This document shows, piece by piece, positions 8,784 to 16,966 of a stretch of 24,726 bases of DNA. The notes beneath the pieces were generated by a model. That model made no database searches. It saw only the letters and a program-made list of their open reading frames with translations, and was not told where the DNA came from. A program made the translations under genes and the position numbers. This DNA comes from Planctomycetota bacterium (GTDB taxonomy: Bacteria > Planctomycetota > MHYJ01 > WSZJ01), in NCBI GenBank assembly GCA_038060895.1, contig JBBTCT010000047.1:1-24726 (forward strand), read 5' to 3'. Positions within the stretch are counted from its first letter, which is position 1; each line of letters begins with the position of its first letter.

Positions 8784-10139
8784 TTACTCTCTGACCCGCT
8801 TCCTCCTCAGAATATGGTGGTAGTTCTGCGCGAACCGGTGCGCCTCGTCGCGCACGTACTGCAGCAGCCGGAATCCGGGGCGGTGTGGATCGGGCCGGAT
8901 CGCCTCGCTCTTCCCCGCCACCCACAGGTGGTCACCCTCGTGTTTCGCGAGGCCGATCGTCACGGGCGGCCGCACCCCCGCTTCTGCCATCGCCGCCAGC
9001 GCCGCGTTCAGGTGACCCTGCCCCCCGTCGATCAGCATCACGTCGGGAAATGCCGCTTCTTCGTTCTTCAGCCTCGTGAAGCGGCGTTTCACGACTTCGC
9101 CGATCGAAGCGTAGTCGTCGATCTGCTCCACCGTCTTGATCTTGAATCTCCGGTACCCGCTCTTGAACGGCACGCCGTCCACGAAACTGACGAGGCTCCC
9201 GACCGTGTCGCTCCCCTGCAGGTGCGAGATGTCCGTTCCCTCGATCACCCGCGGCCGCAACTCGAGGCCGAGCAGGTCGCGCAAGTCGTCGACGCTTTTG
9301 ACGGGGTCGAGCGGAATCAGGTCCGTCTCGAGCGCGTCGTCGAGATCCCGGTGCTCCTTCAGGTGCTCGATCGCAAGGACCTGGTCGCGCACGATCGCCG
9401 CCAGCTCGTACTCGCGCGCATCGCTGTGCGCCTTCATCCGCGCCTTCATCTCCTTCAGAAGCTCCCGCTTCGCGCCCGACATCATCCGCCGGAAATTCCG
9501 CAGGTCCTCCGCGTACGCCTCCTGCGGCACCTTGTCCGCGCACGGCGCCGTGCATCGGCCGATGTTCCACAGCAGGCACGGCCGGAAAAAGCGGCGCTTC
9601 TCGTCGTCCGCCCGGATCTCGAATGTGCAGGTGCGGAAGCGAAAAATGCGCTGGAAGACCTTGAGCGCCGCGCGGAGCTGGCCGCTGGAAGTGAACGGGC
9701 CGATGAAGTTCGCCTTCTCGGGCTCGCCGGGCGGCACATACGACTCGCCCTTCGCCGCGGCGCGCTGGCGCGCGAGCACGTCCATCTCCCGCGTCAGGAA
9801 CACGAACGGGTACGCGTCCTGCGAAATGCCGAGGACCGTGAACGACTTGTCGTCCTTCTGGCTCGCGTTGTAACGCGGCTGGATGTCCTTGATGAGCCGC
9901 GCTTCGGCCAGCAGTGCATCGACTTCGGAGTCCATCTGAAGCGTCTCGATGTCCGCGACGAGCGCGACCATCGCGGCGATGCGCGGGTCGTGGTCGGCGG
10001 CCGGCTGGAAGTACGAAGCGACGCGGTGCTTGAGCGACTTCGCTTTGCCGACGTAGAGAACAATCCCCTTTGCGTCCTTCATCAGGTAGACGCCCGGCGT
10101 GTCGGGGAACTGCTGCGCGCGGGACAGGAGGTCGCTCAC
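8784..10139 (-). CDS. uvrC: Excinuclease ABC subunit C, short form without C-terminal HhH
   Basis: GIY-YIG domain (PGVYLM...YVGKAKSL), Cys cluster, UVR helix, and RNase H-like domain (DISH, DDY, LIDGG, RDEAHRFA). Confidence 0.9.
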   Translation of the reverse strand: MSDLLSRAQQFPDTPGVYLMKDAKGIVLYVGKAKSLKHRVASYFQPAADHDPRIAAMVALVADIETLQMDSEVDALLAEARLIKDIQPRYNASQKDDKSFTVLGISQDAYPFVFLTREMDVLARQRAAAKGESYVPPGEPEKANFIGPFTSSGQLRAALKVFQRIFRFRTCTFEIRADDEKRRFFRPCLLWNIGRCTAPCADKVPQEAYAEDLRNFRRMMSGAKRELLKEMKARMKAHSDAREYELAAIVRDQVLAIEHLKEHRDLDDALETDLIPLDPVKSVDDLRDLLGLELRPRVIEGTDISHLQGSDTVGSLVSFVDGVPFKSGYRRFKIKTVEQIDDYASIGEVVKRRFTRLKNEEAAFPDVMLIDGGQGHLNAALAAMAEAGVRPPVTIGLAKHEGDHLWVAGKSEAIRPDPHRPGFRLLQYVRDEAHRFAQNYHHILRRKRVRE

Positions 10140-10143
10140 TCGA

Positions 10144-12039
10144 TCAATCCCGTCTGCGGAACCGTCGCTTCACGTGCTGCGCCGGCGGCGGTCCCTTTTT
10201 CGGTCCCCCCGGAGGGGCCTGGGGAGGCGTGGACGCCGGCGGCGGCGTCACGGACGGCCCCGCCGGTGGTGTCGGCGACGAAGAGTATCGCCACCCGGGC
10301 GAGCCGGCGCCGGAACCCGCCGTAGGCCGCGCTGCATTGAGCTGCGCGAGGATCGACTCCATCTCCTTCGCCGCTTCCCCTGCATTCGGATGGCGCGCTT
10401 CCGGCTCCCGCGCCGTCATCCGGACGACAAGCGCCGCGGTCGGCGACGACACGCCCGCATTGAAGTACCGCGGGTCGGCGCCCGGAACGTCGGGAGGCGG
10501 AGTGCCGGTGACCATCTGGAAGAGCGTGGCGCCGAGACCGTAGACGTCGCTGCGATTGTCCGTGCGCCCGGCGCGCGCTTCCGGCGCGCTGTACGGCGGA
10601 ATTCCGGTCGAGCCGTCGGGAGGATGCCCCGGCCGGCGCGTCATCCCCAGGTCGCAGATCTTCGCGTGGCCGTCGTCGGTGATCTGGATCGCTTCGGGCC
10701 TCACGTCCCGGTGCATCACCCCGGTCTTGTGGGCGGCGTCAAGCGCGAGGGCCGCCTGCCGGGCGACCTCGAGCGCGCGCGGTTCGGCCATGGCGCCGCC
10801 GGCCTTGAGGAGTTCGGCGACGCGCGGGCCCTGGACGAATTCGCTGATGAAGTGCCAGGTGTCGCCGGCCTGTCGCATGTCGATCCACTGGACGATGCCG
10901 GCGTGGTTGACGCGTGCGGCGGCGCGCGAATCGCGGACGAGCTTTTCGACGAAGGAGGCGTCCTTCATGAACGCCGGATCCATCGTCTTGATCGCGACCT
11001 CGCGGTCCATCGCGATCTGCTTCGCGCGGAAAACGTGCCCGAGCCCGCCTTTCCCCAGGTAGCCCGACACGTGGAATCCTTCGAGCATCGGCGGCGTCAC
11101 GCCCTCCGGCATGGCGCCCATGGGGGGGGCGACGATCGCGGTTTCAGAAGCGGGGCTGGTGAAGACCGCCGCGACCTCGGGGACGTCGCCCGCGGGCTGC
11201 CACGCGTCCATCTCCGGTCGCCAGACATAAGTCGCCGGCACGAGGATCGACTGCTCCGCCATGCCGCGCATCGCCTTGTACTCGAACGGCCCGACGGGGC
11301 GGCCGTCGCGCACGATGAACCAGTCGTCGTGCTCGGGAAGATTGCGGCCCGGGGGCGGAAGCGTCGATCGTGTGGCGCTCGTACCCGGAGGTGGGTCTGT
11401 CGATTCGTCCGGGGTGGTCGATGGGGGAACGTTTGCGGGGATGGACCCCGGCGCTATCACGGTTTCGTCCGCGGGCTGGAAGAGCTCCTCGACGTCGCAG
11501 TGAGTGACGCGGTTCGGGGTCGCGAGCGGCTCGCCGCAGCTCCTGCATTTGAACACCTGCCCGGAGGCGACCTTCGGCGCGTTGAACAGGGCGTCGCACT
11601 TCTCGCAGCAGAGGATCTGTTTCTTCTGGTAGTCGAGAATGTGCGCGACCTGGTCCGTTGAGATCAATCCACGCTCGACCAGGATCTTGCCGAGGCGCAC
11701 TTTCCGGCCGAGCCCTTCGAGGCGCGCCTGCTCGCGGACCGCGGCGTGCGCGTCTTCCGCGCGGACGAAATGCAGGGCGATGGCGACTTTCCCGAAGAGG
11801 GAGTCCTGTTTGCGGATGAGGGTCGTGGAGTGGCGTTTCTGGAGATTGCGTTCCTGTTCGGCGAGCAGCGTCTGGAGATCGATGGAGACGATGAAGCCGC
11901 GGGCGACGAGGACCTCGCCGAGCGGTCGCTTCGTGGCTTCCTGTTCGGCAACAGCGAAGTCGAGCTGTTCGCGAGTGACAAGCCCGTGAGCGAGCGCCAG
12001 TTTGCCGAGGAGGATTTCTTCGCTGCCGTGAGGAAACAT
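10144..12039 (-). CDS. Ser/Thr kinase-like protein: N-terminal helical repeats, Zn ribbon, GYF_2-like domain, degenerate kinase domain, Pro-rich tail
   Basis: Repeats LGEVLVARG/LGKILVERG. CEKC...CRSC. WFIVRDGRPVGPF...VWRPEMDAWQ. Kinase motifs GKGGLG, VAIK, HRDVRPEA, DLG, APE and DVYGLG. Confidence 0.85.
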   Translation of the reverse strand: MFPHGSEEILLGKLALAHGLVTREQLDFAVAEQEATKRPLGEVLVARGFIVSIDLQTLLAEQERNLQKRHSTTLIRKQDSLFGKVAIALHFVRAEDAHAAVREQARLEGLGRKVRLGKILVERGLISTDQVAHILDYQKKQILCCEKCDALFNAPKVASGQVFKCRSCGEPLATPNRVTHCDVEELFQPADETVIAPGSIPANVPPSTTPDESTDPPPGTSATRSTLPPPGRNLPEHDDWFIVRDGRPVGPFEYKAMRGMAEQSILVPATYVWRPEMDAWQPAGDVPEVAAVFTSPASETAIVAPPMGAMPEGVTPPMLEGFHVSGYLGKGGLGHVFRAKQIAMDREVAIKTMDPAFMKDASFVEKLVRDSRAAARVNHAGIVQWIDMRQAGDTWHFISEFVQGPRVAELLKAGGAMAEPRALEVARQAALALDAAHKTGVMHRDVRPEAIQITDDGHAKICDLGMTRRPGHPPDGSTGIPPYSAPEARAGRTDNRSDVYGLGATLFQMVTGTPPPDVPGADPRYFNAGVSSPTAALVVRMTAREPEARHPNAGEAAKEMESILAQLNAARPTAGSGAGSPGWRYSSSPTPPAGPSVTPPPASTPPQAPPGGPKKGPPPAQHVKRRFRRRD

Positions 12040-12091
12040 GGAAGGGCCTGATTATAGGAAGGCGGGGCGGAAATGACATGAGTGGTCGATG

Positions 12092-12313
12092 GAACAGGCG
12101 GGCGGAGGCGGGCGGAGGCTGCGGAGGCTAAAGGCCATTATTGGCTTTGGAGAGCGAGACACCTCGGGGTGAATGCCGATCAAAGGGCACAACGGTCCAT
12201 TGCTGCATAGCACGCTGTTCTGCCTCAGCCTCTGCCAGCCTATGCCAGCCTATGCCAGCCTCCGCCAGCCTCCGCCAGCCTGTTCAAGCCAGCGCAGCCT
12301 CCACCAGCCCGCC
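12092..12313. repeat. Decamer-periodic inverted repeat (GGCGGAGGCN / NGCCTNYGCC) around a ~90-nt spacer, between divergent genes
   Basis: gaacaggcgggcggaggcgggcggaggct versus agcctatgccagcctccgccagcctccgccagcctgttc (ends 12285). Confidence 0.8.
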
Positions 12314-12355
12314 CTTCTTGCGCTCCTACGCGTCCCCCCCCACAATCCTCCGTTC

Positions 12356-13048
12356 ATGTTCATCGCTGCCATCGAAACATCCGGCACTCGCGGCGGCGTC
12401 GCGCTCGCGGACGACGACGAACTTATCGGCGCGGAGTCCTTCGAAGCGGGAATGGTGCACGGGCGGTCGCTGGTGCCGGCGCTGGATCGCATCCTTAAAA
12501 AGGCGGGGATCGCTCCGCGCGACCTTGGCCTCGTCGCTGTCGATGTCGGCCCGGGTTCGTACACGGGCGTGCGGGTCGGCGTCGCAGCCGCACGGATGAT
12601 CGCGATGGCGATCGGCTGCCCCGTCGCGCCTATCGTGTCCCTCGACGTACTCGCGGAAAACGCTGAGGACCTCGAGGACTTCGTCTGCCCGATCCTCGAC
12701 GCCCGCTGGGAGCAGGTTTACGGCGCCTCGTTCCGGCGCGATTGGGTCTGGCTGAGGACGGACGGTCCGGCCGCGTACAAGCCGGAAGAGCTCGCAGCGC
12801 GGCTTGCCTCCGGGACGACGGTCTTTGGAAGCGGCGTGGACAAGTACCCTGCGGTCTTTGCGTCGCTTCCGAAGGGACCAGCGGAGTGGGGGGTGCCGAA
12901 AGCGGAAGTCGTGGCCCGGCTGGGTTGGCAGGCGTTTCAGGCAGGAGCCACGGACGAATGCAACATACTGCGCCCCTTGTACTTGCGACCGACCGAGGCC
13001 GAAGTGAAATTCGGAGTCGCCGAAACTCCGCCGCCTCCCGCGTGTTAG
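12356..13048 (+). CDS. tsaB: tRNA threonylcarbamoyladenosine biosynthesis protein TsaB
   Basis: MFIAAIETS, H...LVPAL, GPGSYTGVRVG, DARWEQVY and PLYLR. Start moved to ATG 12356. Confidence 0.93.
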   Translation: MFIAAIETSGTRGGVALADDDELIGAESFEAGMVHGRSLVPALDRILKKAGIAPRDLGLVAVDVGPGSYTGVRVGVAAARMIAMAIGCPVAPIVSLDVLAENAEDLEDFVCPILDARWEQVYGASFRRDWVWLRTDGPAAYKPEELAARLASGTTVFGSGVDKYPAVFASLPKGPAEWGVPKAEVVARLGWQAFQAGATDECNILRPLYLRPTEAEVKFGVAETPPPPAC

Positions 13049-13095
13049 AATCCCGCAGCCAGACAAACCTCACCACCCATTCGGGAACCGCACCC

Positions 13096-13860
13096 ATGAA
13101 ATTTGTCCTCGGATTTGTCTTCCTCGCCCTCACCGCCGGCCTCGGCTTCAGCGCGAAGGCGATCTCCGACCTTCGCAAACAGCAATCCGATCTCGAAAAC
13201 AGAATCATCGCCCTCAGCGAACGCCCCGCGGCCCCGACCCCCGAAACTGCCAGCGGAAGCGGTTCCTCTTCTTCCTCCACCCCCGCCTCCCCGGGCGGCA
13301 CCGATTCCGTCGCCCCCGCGGGCTCCGCTTCAGGCAGCGACTCCAGCGACAACGGAGCCGTCGCGCGCAAGCCCGTTTCGGGCGGCACGCCGGCCGTGGG
13401 GTCCACGGTCAATCCTTCCTCATGGACGGAGGCCGACAAGGCCGCGTTTGAGTCGGAGGTGCTGGCGGTTCTGGAAAAGCAGGAGAAGGAGCGCGAGGAG
13501 AAGCGGGACGCGCGCCAGTCGGAGTGGATGACGGCGCGGCTGAAGGAGCAGCTCAAGCTGACGGACCAGCAGGCCGCTGAGATCGGGAAGATCGTGACGG
13601 CGACGCAGGCGGAGATTGAGAAAATCCGCGCGACGATGACGCCGGAAAACCGCGAAGAAATCCGGCCGCAGATCCAGGCCGCGCTCGCGACGGCCGACAC
13701 GCAGGTGAAGGCGTACCTGACGGCGGAGCAGGTGACGGCCTACGACGAAATGAAGAAGAACGGCAACCTGAACCTGGGCGGATGGGGCGGCGGCGGTGGG
13801 AGTGGCGGGAATGGCCGGCGCCGGATGCAGGGTGAGGGCGGCGCTCCTCAACCGCAGTAA
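13096..13860 (+). CDS. Hypothetical exported or membrane-anchored helical protein with LTxxQ-like motifs
   Basis: N-terminal hydrophobic segment, Ser/Pro linker, LKLTDQQ and YLTAEQ motifs. TGtTAGAAT promoter at about 13043-13051. Start ATG 13096. Confidence 0.7.
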   Translation: MKFVLGFVFLALTAGLGFSAKAISDLRKQQSDLENRIIALSERPAAPTPETASGSGSSSSSTPASPGGTDSVAPAGSASGSDSSDNGAVARKPVSGGTPAVGSTVNPSSWTEADKAAFESEVLAVLEKQEKEREEKRDARQSEWMTARLKEQLKLTDQQAAEIGKIVTATQAEIEKIRATMTPENREEIRPQIQAALATADTQVKAYLTAEQVTAYDEMKKNGNLNLGGWGGGGGSGGNGRRRMQGEGGAPQPQ

Positions 13861-13906
13861 GGCCGAAAGGCAGTCGGGAGACGGGAGTATTGAGAATTGA
13901 GTTAAC

Positions 13907-13935
13907 AGCCAGGGCGACGATGCCCTGGCTTTTTT
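13907..13935 (+). terminator. Intrinsic terminator
   Basis: agccagggc-gacgat-gccctggct followed by a T-run. Confidence 0.8.
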
Positions 13936-13996
13936 CGTAATCGCTTCCAATCCAGAATCCCTGGGCGGATCCGTGGTCGAGATCCGCAGCCCGCCC

Positions 13997-14740
13997 CTAC
14001 TTCTTCCCCTGGTTCGCAACAGCCCTTGCCGCCGCTTCGACGGCCGCCGCATCTCCCAGGTACCGGTGCGAGATCGGCTTGAGATCCTCACCCAGCTCAT
14101 AGAGCAGCGGCACGCCCGTCGGTATGTTCAGCTCCGTGATTTCCGCATCCGACACTTCGTCCAGGTACTTCACCAGGGCCCGCAAACTGTTCCCGTGCGC
14201 CGCGATCAGCACCCGCTTCCCCGCCTTGATCGCCGGCGCGATCACCTCATGCCAGTACGGCAGAAACCGCGCGACCGTGTCCTTGAGCGATTCCGTCTTC
14301 GGCAGCTCGGAGGGCTTCAGCCCCGCGTAACGCGGATCGCGCCCGGGAAACCGCGGATCGCTCTCCGCAAGCGCCGGCGGAGGAATGTCGTACGACCGCC
14401 GCCAGATTTTCACCTGATCCTCGCCGTGCTTCGCCGCCGTCTCGGCCTTGTTCAGCCCCTGGAGCGCCCCGTAGTGCCGCTCGTTCAGCCGCCATGAGTT
14501 GTGCACCGGGATCCACATCAGGTCCATCTCTTCCAGCGCCAGCCAGAGCGTCTGGATCGCCCGCGACAGCACCGACGTGTACGCGACGTCGAACACGAAC
14601 CCGTCCTTCTTCATCAGCTTCCCCGCCGCGTGCGCTTCCTCCACGCCCTTCGCCGACAGCCGCACGTCCGTCCAGCCTGTGAAGCGGTTTTCCCTGTTCC
14701 AGTCCGACTCCCCGTGGCGAAGCAGCATCAGGCGGTGCAT
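13997..14740 (-). CDS. gpmA: 2,3-bisphosphoglycerate-dependent phosphoglycerate mutase
   Basis: [32 protein letters not shown] and NIPTG. Start ATG 14740 with GGAG RBS. Confidence 0.96.
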   Translation of the reverse strand: MHRLMLLRHGESDWNRENRFTGWTDVRLSAKGVEEAHAAGKLMKKDGFVFDVAYTSVLSRAIQTLWLALEEMDLMWIPVHNSWRLNERHYGALQGLNKAETAAKHGEDQVKIWRRSYDIPPPALAESDPRFPGRDPRYAGLKPSELPKTESLKDTVARFLPYWHEVIAPAIKAGKRVLIAAHGNSLRALVKYLDEVSDAEITELNIPTGVPLLYELGEDLKPISHRYLGDAAAVEAAARAVANQGKK

Positions 14741-15082
14741 GCGAACGCTCCGCCAACAGGAACCTGGAAACCGCTCCCCGCGCGGGCAGCGCCCCGTTTT
14801 GCGCCAGCGGACGACCCGGAACGCTTCCCGGGGGGCGTTGCGTGCCGTCTGCGGGGACCGATGGGGCTGTTGCTCATCACGGGCGCCCATTCTAGCCCCG
14901 ACGACTCCCCCGAACCAGCGCGTCCTCGCCGCCAGGCCCCGGAGGCGATCCGGGCAGGGCGATCCCCGGGGGCCGTTCTGGATCGCGCGCGACATGGCCG
15001 CCGCTCCCCGTGTCTTCGCGCGACGAAATCCTCGCACCTCCACGCTGGTTTGCGCTTGAGCGCGGCGCTCGGCACCGGGTGC

Positions 15083-15676
15083 TCAGGCCGTGAGGCCGGC
15101 CTCGCGGAGGGCGCGTGCCAGCAGATCGTCAACTCCCGCACTTTTGGCAATTCGCGCCAGGTGTTCCCGGTCCATGACGGCGCCGCTGACTTTCAGGACT
15201 CCGAGCACGTCGCGCCACTGGCGGTCGCTGACTTCGCGACCCAGCCTGTACCAGGCCAGCTTGCGGACGGCGATGTCCTCAGGCGCCGTGATCCGGACTA
15301 GGCGGGACTCCATTCCTGGAAGCGGCATCTCTCTCGCGCGCTCAAGCTGCTTCCGGTCCAGCTCGGAGTCTGCGGACACGAACAGGTCGACTTTCTCGAT
15401 CTCGACGGAGTGGATGACGTTGAACGACGCGTGGCGCACCAAGGCGTCTTCGATGGCCTCCGGCTCGACGTAAAACTCGCTCTTCATCGCGGCGTAGAGC
15501 GCCGTGGCATGATCCCTTCGGAGCCCGATGAGGATGTCAGCGTCGCCCGTCGCCCGGTACTCGCCGTGGGCCGCGCTTGCGATCGAGCCTCCGATGGCGT
15601 ACGGAATCCGGAGGTCTTCGAGAATCTCGACGACGCGCGCCAGGACTTTTGCCGCGCGCGGCGGCTCAGTACCCAT
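15083..15676 (-). CDS. Putative nucleotidyltransferase (Pol-beta superfamily)
   Basis: IGGSIAS...R.T.DADI motif, KVDLF, PEDIAVRKL and RQWRDV. Confidence 0.7.
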   Translation of the reverse strand: MGTEPPRAAKVLARVVEILEDLRIPYAIGGSIASAAHGEYRATGDADILIGLRRDHATALYAAMKSEFYVEPEAIEDALVRHASFNVIHSVEIEKVDLFVSADSELDRKQLERAREMPLPGMESRLVRITAPEDIAVRKLAWYRLGREVSDRQWRDVLGVLKVSGAVMDREHLARIAKSAGVDDLLARALREAGLTA

Positions 15677-15953
15677 GAACGTCCGGATCCCAGTCGAACG
15701 CGCGCATCATGAGGTCGCGACCGAGTCGCCGGGACGCGACGCGAAACTGGACCTCCCTCTCCGTCGCGCGTGGATGGCGCTGACGCACGCTGGTCTCGGC
15801 AAGCCGGCGGACAAAATCCGAAAGTTCCCACAACCTGCGGACGCGCTCCTCGGGCGGCAGGCGTTTCCACGCCGCAAGCTGGATTGCCTCCGCCGGGAAG
15901 GAGGTGTCCTCGGCCTGAGTGCGGTAGCCATCGGGAATCCGGACGTCGCTCAT
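15666..15953 (-). CDS. Small helical partner protein (95 aa), possible antitoxin
   Basis: DTS..AEAIQ...WKRLPPEERVR. Overlaps the nucleotidyltransferase by 11 nt. Leaderless behind TGcTAGAAT. Confidence 0.65.
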   Translation of the reverse strand: MSDVRIPDGYRTQAEDTSFPAEAIQLAAWKRLPPEERVRRLWELSDFVRRLAETSVRQRHPRATEREVQFRVASRRLGRDLMMRAFDWDPDVHGY

Positions 15954-16043
15954 TGCGTCATTCTAGCAGACGCGGAAAGGACTTCCCCGGGTTCGGAGCG
16001 TGGTGGCGCGCCCCTTACGCTTTACTCACTCCGAGCCCGGGCT

Positions 16044-16895
16044 TCACTTGGAATCCCCGCCCTTCAACCTCTCTTCCGCAGCCTTCACCAGCTTCGCGAC
16101 CTGCTCGTTTCCCGCGAACTGTGTCGAGACCTTGCGCCAGTACTCCTTCGCAACCTCCGGCTGGCCCCCCTCCGAGTACGCATCTCCGAGGTTGAACAGC
16201 GCCGCCGCCTGCCAGTACGGGTTCCCCGAGAACTTCTCGACCGACCGCTCGTAGTGGAGGCGCGCTCCCTCCAGGTCGCCCGACTCCGCCATCGACATGC
16301 CGGTGTAGAACTCGGCGTACGGGACCTGCTTCGAGTCCGGGAACTCCGTGAGGATCTTCCCGTAGAACTCGGCCGCCCCGGCCGTGTCTCCGGACATCAG
16401 CGCGTTCCAGCCGAGCGACTGAAGCGCCTCCGGGATGTGCGGGTCGCCGGGAAAGCGCTTCAGGAATTCGCGCAGCAGCGCGTCGGCGCGCCCGGTCAGT
16501 TTGTCCTGAAGCGCCATCTGGGCCTTCTGCCACAGCTGGTCGGCCGGGATCCCCGCGACGCCTTCCAGCGCCGCTCCCTCGGCGGCGCGGTTCAGCTCGC
16601 GGACGCGTGCTTCGAGCCGAGCGACCTGCTTTTCAAGGTCCAGGAGCCGCGAATTCTCTGCGCCGCTGTCGGCAGGCCTGGCCGGGGAAGCTGGCTTCTC
16701 TTCAACCCCGGGCAGAACCTGCCCCTTGATCTCCACCACAGGCGAGTTGCGCGTCTCCGGCGGGACGCGCTCCGCCTCAAGCACGGCGATGCGCCGTTCC
16801 AACTCTTCGCGCCTCTGCCGTTCCTGCCGCAACGCCACGCTGGCAAGGAGGAGCGCGACGAGGGCCGCCGCAACTGCGGCAAGGACAGGCTTCAT
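16044..16895 (-). CDS. Membrane-anchored coiled-coil plus TPR protein (CpoB/YbgF/BamD-like repeats)
   Basis: N-terminal hydrophobic helix, coiled coil, and repeats FLKRFPGD..EAL..LG, LTEFPDS..AEFYTG and ALFNLG. Confidence 0.8.
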   Translation of the reverse strand: MKPVLAAVAAALVALLLASVALRQERQRREELERRIAVLEAERVPPETRNSPVVEIKGQVLPGVEEKPASPARPADSGAENSRLLDLEKQVARLEARVRELNRAAEGAALEGVAGIPADQLWQKAQMALQDKLTGRADALLREFLKRFPGDPHIPEALQSLGWNALMSGDTAGAAEFYGKILTEFPDSKQVPYAEFYTGMSMAESGDLEGARLHYERSVEKFSGNPYWQAAALFNLGDAYSEGGQPEVAKEYWRKVSTQFAGNEQVAKLVKAAEERLKGGDSK

Positions 16896-16966
16896 GGCCG
16901 CAGTATAACCTCGTCCGATGGGGCGCCTGCCCGACTCCTGGCTCCCAACTCCGCCCTACTCACCCC

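Noticed and set aside
8778-11661. Long + strand ORFs (515 aa, 520 aa) and similar ones at 15528-17072, 17036-18268, 19551-20792 and 21212-22945
   Set aside because: Antisense shadows of well-supported genes in GC-rich DNA, with Arg/Ala/Pro-rich translations and no motifs.
12221-12313. Tandem repeats here and elsewhere as a CRISPR array
   Set aside because: Units are 4-10 nt and contiguous, with no unique spacers and no cas genes.
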